Of a stretch of DNA of 20,000 bases, positions 1 through 7,861 are shown piece by piece. The translations under genes were made by a program, and so were the position numbers. The stretch lies in the IMG/VR virus record IMGVR_UViG_3300011114_000889; one strand, written 5' to 3'. The DNA comes from an uncultured virus (IMG/VR IMGVR_UViG_3300011114_000889). Lineage: Duplodnaviria; Heunggongvirae; Uroviricota; Caudoviricetes. The notes beneath the pieces are model-generated. The model did no database searches. It was not told where the DNA came from and saw only the letters and a list, made by a program, of their open reading frames with translations. Positions within the stretch are counted from its first letter, which is position 1. The number at the start of each line of letters is the position of its first letter.

Positions 1-1
1 T

Positions 2-1042
2 CCTTACTTCATGATTCACTTCAAAGGACCTAACGATCCAGCCCAGCGTGAAGCTTTCTTTGCTGCCGGTGGAAAGCTTCGCTCTCTCCAAGTGGGAAGA
101 TTCAAAGATGGATCACCTCAGTTCTTCAGCTTTGAAGGTTTCCCCGTCGGCATTTCTGGGCCTCTGATTCTGGCAGGAGCAATCGCAGAATCAGTGCGCT
201 ACGACAAACGTTCCAAGTCAGAAGCTATCATCAACGGCGCGATTACCGGTGGAGCATTGGCGATGTACGGAATTATGGATATGGCCGCTCTCTCCGGTAT
301 ACGACAGATCATGTCGCTCACATCACCTGGACCTGGAACAAAAGATGCCAAGGGAATCATGACCAACTTGACCAAGACATTTGGTAATGTGGTCGGCGGT
401 CTTATCCCAGGTTACGCCACGTTACGTGACGTTGAGCAGGTATGGAACGGATTTACCGGAGCTCCAAGCGCCAGACCGTATCAAAATAATTTCCTATCAA
501 CTTTTGCTTTATCAATTCCCTTTGCTTCAAAGGTAGGACAGCCCGACCTAGATTTCCTTGGTGGTAATGTAAGAACGCAGCTAGCGAATACCGTTCCGTT
601 TGTCCGCCGACTCACCACTTCGGGGGTTGATTCGGTTAGTTATGACGAAGGCAAGCGGACTCCCCAAGCTATCCACGACAAGCTGATATCTATGTTTGCT
701 AGCAATCGATTCTCGCTTAGCTGGGATGCGGGTACTCTTAAAGACTTTGCCATGCAGGAGTTGATCGCCCAGAAGGAAGCCAATAAAGAACCCATTACTT
801 ATGACGATTTCTACCAGTTAAAACGCGAGCTTACGACCGACGAGAAGTACGAATGGATGCAACGTGCTGGTCCGATTATTCAGGAGCAGCTTGGAGCTAG
901 GATTCCCCAGCTAGAAAAGATGAGCCGAGCAGAGTTTATGACCATCGTACCGATGATTGTGAACCCGATTAAGAAAGCTATTCTGTACCAAGTCTTGCTT
1001 GAAAAAAATCAAGAGGGTATCTTGTTTCCAGAAAGAAAGTAA
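2..1042 (+). CDS. C-terminal part of a large phage protein, probably an internal virion/ejection protein (5' truncated by the window)
   Basis: The frame is open from position 2 (CCT TAC TTC ATG), so the gene starts upstream. It is Gly/Ala-rich with amphipathic helices and lies directly before a peptidoglycan hydrolase. The function is inferred from context. Confidence 0.5.
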   Translation, partial: PYFMIHFKGPNDPAQREAFFAAGGKLRSLQVGRFKDGSPQFFSFEGFPVGISGPLILAGAIAESVRYDKRSKSEAIINGAITGGALAMYGIMDMAALSGIRQIMSLTSPGPGTKDAKGIMTNLTKTFGNVVGGLIPGYATLRDVEQVWNGFTGAPSARPYQNNFLSTFALSIPFASKVGQPDLDFLGGNVRTQLANTVPFVRRLTTSGVDSVSYDEGKRTPQAIHDKLISMFASNRFSLSWDAGTLKDFAMQELIAQKEANKEPITYDDFYQLKRELTTDEKYEWMQRAGPIIQEQLGARIPQLEKMSRAEFMTIVPMIVNPIKKAILYQVLLEKNQEGILFPERK

Positions 1043-1055
1043 TTAGAATAAACCC

Positions 1056-1604
1056 ATGGCAGACGAAACCCAAGATTGGAGACAGCAGCTAGGCCCTCAG
1101 GCCGAGAAGAAAATTGCTTATGTTAAGAAGATGTTTTCTCCGGCCATGAAAGCAGCTACAGATTTGGGCATTGATCCCTCATGGGTTTTGGCGCAGACAG
1201 CTTTAGAGTCGGGGTACGGCGAGTCAGAGCTTGCTAAAAAATATGGTAATCTGGGTGGAGTTAAAGCCAAGGCGGGAGAAACTCAGGTAAAGATGGCTAC
1301 AACTGAGGGAGAGAATAACGCACCTGCCATCGAACCTTTCAAGACTTATGAAAATCCCAACCAGTTCTTTGAAGACTGGACAAAAAAACTTAAAATGCCT
1401 AGATACAGTGGAGCTTTGTCTGCAACCAACGTAGCTGGATATGCGACGGGTTTAAAACGGGGTGGGTACTTTACCGGTGGTCTTCAACCTTATACCACTA
1501 ACCTGCAAAGGATCTCAAAGGACATGGATATGATCCTCAAGAAAGTACCGATCCTAGATTCAGACGTCATTGATTCGAGGATGGGCCAAACCGGAGAACG
1601 ATAG
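1056..1604 (+). CDS. GH73 (FlgJ/glucosaminidase-like) peptidoglycan hydrolase
   Basis: Motifs LAQTALESGYG (catalytic Glu), NLGGVKA, TTE, FKTY, RY and L..GGYFT match the GH73 pattern AQAALESGWG...NLFGIK...FR.Y...RY...GYAT. Confidence 0.85.
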   Translation: MADETQDWRQQLGPQAEKKIAYVKKMFSPAMKAATDLGIDPSWVLAQTALESGYGESELAKKYGNLGGVKAKAGETQVKMATTEGENNAPAIEPFKTYENPNQFFEDWTKKLKMPRYSGALSATNVAGYATGLKRGGYFTGGLQPYTTNLQRISKDMDMILKKVPILDSDVIDSRMGQTGER

Positions 1605-1870
1605 TGCCTTTAGGTAAATCCAGCAAAGCTGATATGCCTTGTAATCAGCCACGTAAGTCGTGGAGACCGGGCAAGAAAAAAGTAGTCAAGGCTTGTTCTG
1701 GCGGGCAGGAAAAGCTAATTCACTTTGGGGATAGCTCCATGAAAGATTTCACTCAGCATCATAGCGCAAAAAGACGAAAGAGTTATTGCGCTAGAAGTGG
1801 TGGTATTAAAGGAGGGGACGGTAAACTGTCAGCTAATTACTGGGCTCGAAAAGTTCTTTGGAGCTGTTGA
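1604..1870 (+). CDS. Small basic viral protein (KLIHFG...RRKSYCAR...SANYW family)
   Basis: GTG start overlaps the upstream TAG. Lys/Arg-rich 88 aa with a motif pattern I recall from phage/NCLDV unknown-function families (DUF5754-like, unverified). Confidence 0.75.
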   Translation: MPLGKSSKADMPCNQPRKSWRPGKKKVVKACSGGQEKLIHFGDSSMKDFTQHHSAKRRKSYCARSGGIKGGDGKLSANYWARKVLWSC

Positions 1871-1871
1871 T

Positions 1872-2021
1872 ATGCCTTTAGGTAAAAAGAAAGCTAACGA
1901 CGCTTGTACTCGTAAAGTAAAAGCTAGGTATTCTGTTTGGCCTTCAGCGTACGCTAGCGGGGCTTTAGTTAGATGCCGTAAAGTTGGAGCAAAAAACTGG
2001 GGTAACAAGGAGAAAAAATAA
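1872..2021 (+). CDS. Small basic protein, WPSAYASG family (49 aa)
   Basis: ATG at 1872, 1 nt after the previous stop, gives MPLGKKKANDACTRKVKARYSVWPSAYASGALVRCRKVGAKNWGNKEKK. The track's 1797 start is an upstream extension overlapping the previous gene. Confidence 0.8.
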   Translation: MPLGKKKANDACTRKVKARYSVWPSAYASGALVRCRKVGAKNWGNKEKK

Positions 2022-2251
2022 TGTCCTTTGACCTTGAAAAAAAGAAAGGTCTACATGGTTGGTTCTCTCGGAATAAAGGTAAGGGCTGGATTAACTGCAA
2101 GACAGGCGGTCCATGTGGCCGGAAGTCGGCCGACAGCGGTGGTAGTTATCCAGCCTGTCGCCCCACCAAGTCAATGTGCAGCTCAGCCGCCAGAAAAAAG
2201 ACAAGCTCAGAACGTATAAACTGGAAGAAAAAAACGGGTCTAGGCAAATGA
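2021..2251 (+). CDS. Small basic Cys-containing protein (GL.GWF...W...KTG.PCGR...YPACRP family, DUF5872-like)
   Basis: TAATG coupling to the upstream gene. The motif pattern is recalled from phage proteins and unverified. Confidence 0.75.
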   Translation: MSFDLEKKKGLHGWFSRNKGKGWINCKTGGPCGRKSADSGGSYPACRPTKSMCSSAARKKTSSERINWKKKTGLGK

Positions 2252-2448
2252 TTTTTTGGCCCGTTTTATTTTTTGCCTTTATTGTAATTGCTCTAATCCT
2301 TTGGAAGCCAAAGGGTAAGACAGAAATGTGGATAGAAATGTCTGCTGAAGAGCGTTATATGCTGGCCAAAAAAATTTTTACACGAGATCCTAGCGCCTTC
2401 AAAGATGTTGATGAGGATGGTGTTGACGATCTAGAAGAGTCCAAGTAA
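2248..2448 (+). CDS. Small membrane-anchored protein (66 aa)
   Basis: ATGA overlap at 2248-2251. N-terminal hydrophobic helix IFWPVLFFAFIVIALILW and an acidic tail with DVDEDG (DxDxDG-like). Confidence 0.7.
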   Translation: MIFWPVLFFAFIVIALILWKPKGKTEMWIEMSAEERYMLAKKIFTRDPSAFKDVDEDGVDDLEESK

Positions 2449-2458
2449 ACTAAAAGTT

Positions 2459-2884
2459 ATGCCTATTAAAGCCTGCCCCGTTGAGACACAAGATATTGCA
2501 GCTAATTTACGCAATAGAAAGAAGGCTATCAACACGGCAATGTACGGTCCAATGAATCCTAACGAACCCAATGAAGACTACTGGATTAAGCTTGGGCAAG
2601 AGTTCAACACCTCACCCGAGGAAGCTAAGAAATCTAGGTGTGGAAACTGTGCCGCCTTCAATGTCACAACCCGCATCAAAGACTGTATTGCCAAGGGACT
2701 TGGGAAGGACGAGGGAGATGAATGGGCTACCATTGATGCCGGGGACCTTGGATACTGCGAAGCTTTTGATTTTAAGTGTGCGTCAAAGCGTACTTGCAAA
2801 GCCTGGATTGTTGGTGGTCCATTAGATGACTCCAAAGAAAATAAAAATAAAAGTTTTGTAGAGGCAGTAGAAGAACAAGTATAA
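2459..2884 (+). CDS. Cys-rich phage protein, possible HiPIP-like Fe-S/metal-binding domain
   Basis: RCGNCAAF...LGYCEAFDFKCASKRTCKAW, with 7 Cys in 141 aa. Confidence 0.65.
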   Translation: MPIKACPVETQDIAANLRNRKKAINTAMYGPMNPNEPNEDYWIKLGQEFNTSPEEAKKSRCGNCAAFNVTTRIKDCIAKGLGKDEGDEWATIDAGDLGYCEAFDFKCASKRTCKAWIVGGPLDDSKENKNKSFVEAVEEQV

Positions 2885-2895
2885 AGGAGAAGACT

Positions 2896-3051
2896 ATGCC
2901 ATTAGGAAAAAATGTATCAGCCAACATCAGCGAACTCTATGCTGACAATAAGAAGAAAGGCAAAGAACGTGGAGCTGGGGGCAAAACCCGTAGTCGAGCT
3001 CAGATTATTGCTATCGCCTTGAGTGCAGCCGGGAAGTCAAAAGGAAAATAA
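2896..3051 (+). CDS. Small basic protein, QxIAIALSxA family (51 aa; not in the ORF track)
   Basis: SD AAGGAG upstream. Translates to MPLGKNVSANISELYADNKKKGKERGAGGKTRSRAQIIAIALSAAGKSKGK and fills the gap between neighbours exactly. Confidence 0.8.
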   Translation: MPLGKNVSANISELYADNKKKGKERGAGGKTRSRAQIIAIALSAAGKSKGK

Positions 3052-3052
3052 T

Positions 3053-3625
3053 ATGGCAGTCAACTCTTACGAGGCAGCAAAAAATTTAGGCTTAGGAGCG
3101 GGATATCAGGTTGGCGTTATGGCCAAAAGACCAAACTTGCCACGAGGTCCTTCTGCTCCCGTTCTGCGCGCGCCTACTTTTAAAGTGCCGAATCTTGCTG
3201 TTAAATTGCCTTCGGCAAATCTTCCTTCTGTTCAGTTTGCTAACAAGTTTGACCCAAAAGTAAGGACAATGTATCAGGATGATTACGATGCGGCTATGGC
3301 TGCGAAAGCAGCTGAAGAAGCTAAAGCCGCAGAAGCTGCTAAGGCAGCGGAAGCCGCTAAGATTGCTGAAAAAACAAAAGTTGAAGAGGCTTCCAAAATT
3401 GCAGGAAGTGTTGTGAAACCAGTAACTCCACCAGGCATTCCTTCTATCCCAGGTAGTAATTCTGCATCGCCCATTTTCGCCACATCGCCAGTCCCAACTA
3501 AGGGTCCTACAGCTCCAGCTTCTTCTAAACTCCTTTCAGGTTATTCGGACGATGAAATAAAGATGCTTAAAAAATTACTTGAAAGTTATAGAAAGAATCC
3601 AAATAGTTTTGCTAACTTAATATGA
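3053..3625 (+). CDS. Low-complexity Ala/Pro/Lys-rich protein (190 aa)
   Basis: ATG at 3053, 1 nt after the previous stop. Central AEAAKA-type repeats with Pro-rich flanks. Confidence 0.7.
   Translation: MAVNSYEAAKNLGLGAGYQVGVMAKRPNLPRGPSAPVLRAPTFKVPNLAVKLPSANLPSVQFANKFDPKVRTMYQDDYDAAMAAKAAEEAKAAEAAKAAEAAKIAEKTKVEEASKIAGSVVKPVTPPGIPSIPGSNSASPIFATSPVPTKGPTAPASSKLLSGYSDDEIKMLKKLLESYRKNPNSFANLI
3299..3370 (+). repeat. Degenerate 18-nt coding repeat (AAKAAE hexapeptide, about 4 copies)
   Basis: AAKAAE-EAKAAE-AAKAAE-AAKIAE with synonymous divergence at the DNA level. Confidence 0.7.
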
Positions 3626-3759
3626 AAAACTATTCTATCAACTTGAATCAAAAGAATGCGAAGATGCCAACAGACAAATCGCCATCTCTTAAAGTAGATA
3701 AGAAGCCTTACGTCATGCCGAAAGTTCGCAACAAGGGACGCGGTTTAGGGAAGTATTAA
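3622..3759 (+). CDS. Small basic protein (45 aa; not in the ORF track)
   Basis: ATGA overlap with the upstream stop. Translates to MKNYSINLNQKNAKMPTDKSPSLKVDKKPYVMPKVRNKGRGLGKY and stops 1 nt before the next ATG. Confidence 0.7.
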   Translation: MKNYSINLNQKNAKMPTDKSPSLKVDKKPYVMPKVRNKGRGLGKY

Positions 3760-3760
3760 T

Positions 3761-4447
3761 ATGCAGGATTTTCCCGGAGCTAAAAACGGTTACATGGATG
3801 TTGGAGGGCGGAGAGAATGGGTCGGCTATGCTCCCGCACCAAAGCGTAAATCCGTCGATCCGATGTTGAGTTATAACGCAGCGCAAGACTTAGCAAGAGG
3901 AGGCTCTCAGGCAGCTTCAGCTTTATTTGGGCAATTTAACCCGCCTGGAACAGCTTATGTGCAAGGGTATGGGGGCCCAATGAAGAAAACCTGGGATCCA
4001 AGCGCTGCATATGGCATCACTCAGGCAGTTGAACAAGAATCCGCTTTACTCGGTAAAATGAAAGCTCAAGAGTCTTCGTATGATAAAGCTTTTGCCGAAG
4101 CCCAGAAAGCCCAGGAAATGGCGAAGACAAAAACTGGAGTAATTGAAGCTGGCTCGGCAGCTCAGAAAGTAATTGCTGGTGGGACAGGAGCGGGTCAAGA
4201 AAAGGCTGGAGCATTTAAAGGTATATACGGGGCTGGCTCCTTGTTACCAGCTTCGTGGATGCAGAGTAAATTAGATCCTACAAAAGTAGCTCAAAAAGTA
4301 AGTGGACTTGAGGATAGAAGCGGGGTGGAACAACTGAGAGTTGGTGGAGGAGACACTAGCTATAAAACTTTAACTTACGGTAGATCAGAATTCAAGGCTC
4401 CCACCCTTCAGAAAACAGGACTCGGAAGATACGCCACAATCAAATAG
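3761..4447 (+). CDS. Gly/Ala/Lys-rich hypothetical late protein
   Basis: 228-aa ORF tightly packed in the + strand run. Confidence 0.7.
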   Translation: MQDFPGAKNGYMDVGGRREWVGYAPAPKRKSVDPMLSYNAAQDLARGGSQAASALFGQFNPPGTAYVQGYGGPMKKTWDPSAAYGITQAVEQESALLGKMKAQESSYDKAFAEAQKAQEMAKTKTGVIEAGSAAQKVIAGGTGAGQEKAGAFKGIYGAGSLLPASWMQSKLDPTKVAQKVSGLEDRSGVEQLRVGGGDTSYKTLTYGRSEFKAPTLQKTGLGRYATIK

Positions 4448-4461
4448 TCAGATAGGAAAAG

Positions 4462-5817
4462 ATGCCAGAATATTTTCCAGAGAATAACACACCTCTCTGG
4501 TCAGACACGGAAGTTCGCAGTCTCCAGAAGATTTCCAGTAGCCTCGATAATCTTTCAGGTGGTGGGGCTGGCGGTATCATTGGGTCATTCCCCACGGATG
4601 CTTTCGGTAGATTAAAAGTATCTAATCCGTTCACGCTATTTGATTCCAGTCACAGGTATCGGGACAATGGATTGTGGAGTACGGCGACGAGTGGAGTTGG
4701 CTCGGCTGCGACCTTCAGCGCAAATCAAGGTCTTATTGAACTGACTATTCCTTCGACTGCTGGAGCTTATGTAATCCGAGAAACCAATAAAGTTTTTTCT
4801 TATCAGCCCGGCAAGTCATTGATGACGATGAGTACGTTCATCATGAACTCGGCTAAAACAAACTTACGCCAGCGGGTTGGTTACTTTAATGATGAGAATG
4901 GAATGTTTCTTGAGCTTTATGGAAACGCGTTAACGTTTGTAGAAAGATCTTTATCTACAGGAACGGAAATAGCCATACCTCAAGCTGATTGGAACGGTGA
5001 CAAGCTTGATGGGACTGGCCCTTCTGGCATCACGCTCGACATATCTAAAGCCCAAATCTTATGGATGGATATTGAGTGGTTGGGTCTTGGAACGGTACGC
5101 ATGGGTTTTGTAATCAACGGTCAGCTTATTACGTGTCATTCATTTCACCATGCAAACTTGATCACTACTACCTACATAACTACCGCTAGCTTGCCGTTGA
5201 GATATGAGATTCAAAATGTAACTAGTGCTTCTATTCCAGCTACATCAAGCACATTGAAACAGGTATGCTCTACAGTTATTTCAGATGGTGGGTACCAGCT
5301 GAGCGGAGCGCAACAAGTTGTTGGAATCGCGGTGAAAACCCCAAGGGTTTTAGCTACCTCTGGAACTTTCTACCCTATTATATCTCTTCGTCTTAAGTCT
5401 TTACAGAATACTCCTGCTTCGGCAGTGGACCGAACAGATGCAATTGTAATCTTGACTGCCGCATCCATCATGCCAAACACTTCAGCTGGAAATCCAAATC
5501 ACAATTGGAGATTAGTTCAAAGTACAACTACGACTGGTGGTACTTGGGTGAGTGCTGGAGATGACTCCTCGGTAGAGTACAACATAACAGCCACGTCGGT
5601 TAATCAAATAGCGGGAAGGGTATTGGCTAGTGGATATGTGGCTTCGTCGAATCAAGGAATATCCTCGGTAGATATCTTGAAAGAAGCTTTGTTTAAATCA
5701 CAGCTAGAAAGAAATGGTCTTACTGGGGTTACCTCTGAACTTACCTTAGAGGTTGCAGCAAGTGCGAACAATGCTGAAGTGTTAGGCTCTTTGGATTGGG
5801 AAGAGATCAGTCGTTAG
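4462..5817 (+). CDS. Beta-rich probable virion/tail-associated protein (DAFGRLxVSxPFTLFD family; possible lectin-like fold)
   Basis: 451 aa, Ser/Thr/Gly-rich, with motifs DAFGRLKVSNPFTLFDS, YQPGKS and WMDIEWLGLGTVRMGF. It is the last gene of the late strand. Confidence 0.6.
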   Translation: MPEYFPENNTPLWSDTEVRSLQKISSSLDNLSGGGAGGIIGSFPTDAFGRLKVSNPFTLFDSSHRYRDNGLWSTATSGVGSAATFSANQGLIELTIPSTAGAYVIRETNKVFSYQPGKSLMTMSTFIMNSAKTNLRQRVGYFNDENGMFLELYGNALTFVERSLSTGTEIAIPQADWNGDKLDGTGPSGITLDISKAQILWMDIEWLGLGTVRMGFVINGQLITCHSFHHANLITTTYITTASLPLRYEIQNVTSASIPATSSTLKQVCSTVISDGGYQLSGAQQVVGIAVKTPRVLATSGTFYPIISLRLKSLQNTPASAVDRTDAIVILTAASIMPNTSAGNPNHNWRLVQSTTTTGGTWVSAGDDSSVEYNITATSVNQIAGRVLASGYVASSNQGISSVDILKEALFKSQLERNGLTGVTSELTLEVAASANNAEVLGSLDWEEISR

Positions 5818-5924
5818 TTCTTGTGGTACAACGCCAGCTTAGCAACCTTGTCGAGCAAGCCCTGGCGTGGTCGATGTGAATGATCGATTAAACTCTTAAG
5901 CTTTTTCTTTTTATTTTTAGCCAC
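5814..5924 (-). CDS. Tiny basic protein (36 aa; not in the track)
   Basis: GTG start overlaps the end of 5917-6171. Translates to MAKNKKKKLKSLIDHSHRPRQGLLDKVAKLALYHKN, and its TAA overlaps the TAG of the convergent gene. Confidence 0.45.
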   Translation of the reverse strand: MAKNKKKKLKSLIDHSHRPRQGLLDKVAKLALYHKN

Positions 5925-6171
5925 GGATTTTTCTGAATCCAACAATAGGAACTTCGCTCCAGGCTAAGGCTACGTGAAGCTCATTATCCTCGTACCAAAC
6001 ATCGATCTCTGGGTTATAACCTTCCTTCAACTTCTCGTGTAAATCATGGAAAGCCTTGCGGGTAATAACCAGCTCTTCCGATTTACCATCAACCGCGGCA
6101 GCGGCGAGTAATACACGGAGGAACTGTTCGGATAGTTCGCCGAACTTTGCTTCTGCGAGCTTCTTGGGCAC
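5917..6171 (-). CDS. Hypothetical protein (84 aa)
   Basis: Globular-looking composition and a candidate promoter directly upstream. Confidence 0.65.
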   Translation of the reverse strand: MPKKLAEAKFGELSEQFLRVLLAAAAVDGKSEELVITRKAFHDLHEKLKEGYNPEIDVWYEDNELHVALAWSEVPIVGFRKIRG

Positions 6172-6177
6172 AATTCA

Positions 6178-6205
6178 ATGCTGACTAATGGGGTTGCCAA
6201 GTCAA
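6178..6205 (-). promoter_or_regulatory. Possible sigma70-type promoter, leaderless
   Basis: The - strand reads TTGACT-16 nt-CAGCAT-6 nt-GTG(6171). The -10 match is weak. Confidence 0.3.
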
Positions 6206-6326
6206 TATGGCTGGGACAAAATGGGGAAATGAGGAACACAAAGCGTGATATTATTTGGCTTACGGCCCTTGTTACGCTTTCAATTATTAAAACTTTGTGT
6301 ATACTTATCGGAAGAAGGATAAAACT

Positions 6327-6488
6327 GTGTTAAAAAATATTCCCGAGTCCCCGGAGTTTGCGATACTTCCAGAACAGGTCACCGATATTCTGCAATTTGC
6401 GCGGGCTTGTTCTCTTGGTATCATAACCCCCGAGGAACTCGGGAATAAATTGGATGACTTTGAAACTTGGTTAGGCGAGCATTTTTAA
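6327..6488 (+). CDS. Small acidic hypothetical protein (53 aa)
   Basis: AAGGA SD before GTG at 6327. It occupies otherwise non-coding space and ends 1 nt from the convergent stop at 6490. Confidence 0.5.
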   Translation: MLKNIPESPEFAILPEQVTDILQFARACSLGIITPEELGNKLDDFETWLGEHF

Positions 6489-6489
6489 T

Positions 6490-6651
6490 TTATCGCCCAA
6501 GTAGTTTCTTCTCAACCATTACGCAGGTCCTATGGTACGTTCCCAGGAAGGTCGAATAGACCGACCAAGTAACAACCGTAAGGCCCACGAGTTGGAAACA
6601 GAGTAGTACCATCTCCAACATACGTATTCTTTTACGTGGTTTCTTTATCAT
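6490..6651 (-). CDS. Small membrane protein (53 aa; not in the track)
   Basis: ATGA overlap at 6648-6651. Basic N-terminus MIKKPRKRIR followed by hydrophobic MVLLCFQLVGLTVVTWSVYSTFL. Confidence 0.6.
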   Translation of the reverse strand: MIKKPRKRIRMLEMVLLCFQLVGLTVVTWSVYSTFLGTYHRTCVMVEKKLLGR

Positions 6652-6857
6652 CCTTGGACAGCGGCCAATCGGAGGGCTTCGTCTGCACCCGCCTTGTACA
6701 CGTTCTGAAGAACGTCGTCAAGGAACTGCGGGTCCAGTTCAAGTTTAAGGTTATCGACCTTTTCCTTGGCTGTGTCCACGTCTGCGATAAACGAGATCTT
6801 ATGGATGCTGTCGCCAGCGCCCCAAAGAATCTCACCATTTACTTTTTTCATATTCAT
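6648..6857 (-). CDS. Hypothetical protein (69 aa)
   Basis: ATGA overlaps on both sides. Confidence 0.7.
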   Translation of the reverse strand: MNMKKVNGEILWGAGDSIHKISFIADVDTAKEKVDNLKLELDPQFLDDVLQNVYKAGADEALRLAAVQG

Positions 6858-7492
6858 TCTAATACCTCACTCCAGTACCGACTATTTTTATACCCCTGCA
6901 ACTTGTCCCACCAGATGAACCTGGCAGTAGCCGCGGGGATACCGTATTCCTGTGAGCAGGTCTGCCACTCGTTCTCAAGCGCGAGGTAGTCAGTCCTGTT
7001 CACGTTCCTGTCCCTCTTGTGGATAGACTTCAACACCCTGCGATCGAGGCAAACAACGTTTGACTCTTCGTGATGTTTCATCTCCACATAGAAGCTTGAC
7101 TTAGCAATCGCCAATCCTGGAACGTTGTCCGCAATCCTATCACGGTATTGCGTCAACGGCTCGTTGGTATATCTCTCGAAGATATGGGGCTTGGCCTGGA
7201 ACATCTGATCAAACTTCCAGATGCTCACGGCTTTTGTTCTCCACAGTCCAGTCTTAGTTTGGTACAGTTCAAACTGTAGCTTACCAAGATCAGACTTCCA
7301 CGAGTCGCGATCTTTGATTGCGTTGAATGCCTTCACGTTCTGCTTCCAACCGAAGTTGGCTGCGAGAATCGAGAAGACCCAGAAGCGCCACTCGTCTTCA
7401 CGGGACTTGGGCTTAATCTTGTCCCAGTAGTTGACGTAACGGCTGACCTCTCGGGACTTCAGTCCCTCAAATACTTCACGTACCCCAGTCAT
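6854..7492 (-). CDS. HhH-superfamily DNA glycosylase/AP-lyase-like protein (resembles Ogg2-type 8-oxoG glycosylases)
   Basis: HhH-like RDRIADNVPGLAIAKSSF with Lys, then VVCLDRRVLK with Asp and C-terminal YLALE...GIP....FIWW. The likely start is ATG 7492; the track start 7561 overlaps the upstream gene more heavily. Confidence 0.7.
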   Translation of the reverse strand: MTGVREVFEGLKSREVSRYVNYWDKIKPKSREDEWRFWVFSILAANFGWKQNVKAFNAIKDRDSWKSDLGKLQFELYQTKTGLWRTKAVSIWKFDQMFQAKPHIFERYTNEPLTQYRDRIADNVPGLAIAKSSFYVEMKHHEESNVVCLDRRVLKSIHKRDRNVNRTDYLALENEWQTCSQEYGIPAATARFIWWDKLQGYKNSRYWSEVLE

Positions 7493-7700
7493 AAAACAAG
7501 GGGAGTGTGACTCCGTCGGGAGACGGATGCTGTCGCACCTCGCCTCCATGCTTCGTTGCATCGTTGTTCAAGGTCTCCATCTCCTCGGAGGTGTAGCCTC
7601 GGATAGAATCATCACGGATACCCGTGTTGAAGTCCACCCACGTTTCATCAATCGATAGGAACTTTTGTTCCGTTGGTTTTGTAATACAATAACAATTCAT
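7476..7700 (-). CDS. Hypothetical protein (74 aa)
   Basis: SD GAAAGGAG and an ATGA overlap with the upstream ORF. Confidence 0.7.
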   Translation of the reverse strand: MNCYCITKPTEQKFLSIDETWVDFNTGIRDDSIRGYTSEEMETLNNDATKHGGEVRQHPSPDGVTLPLFYDWGT

Positions 7701-7861
7701 CGTGAGCTCCTTTCATTATCTATATAGACTGAAATGTTTTGCTTCAATTCTGATGGTTTCATTTTGCCATTGGCCAAATCGGCTAAAACGTGATAACAAT
7801 CATCCATTTCTATTAAATAATCCTCAACCATCCTTGGTGTTATTGTTTTTGTTTTACTCAT
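7697..7861 (-). CDS. Hypothetical protein (54 aa; not in the track)
   Basis: MSKTKTITPRMVEDYLIEMDDCYHVLADLANGKMKPSELKQNISVYIDNERSSR, with ATGA overlaps at both ends. Confidence 0.7.
   Translation of the reverse strand: MSKTKTITPRMVEDYLIEMDDCYHVLADLANGKMKPSELKQNISVYIDNERSSR

Noticed and set aside
5871..5918. T-rich run after the late genes as a + strand terminator
   Set aside because: Only a weak 5-bp stem lies some distance upstream, and the T-run is explained by Lys codons of the - strand micro-ORF.
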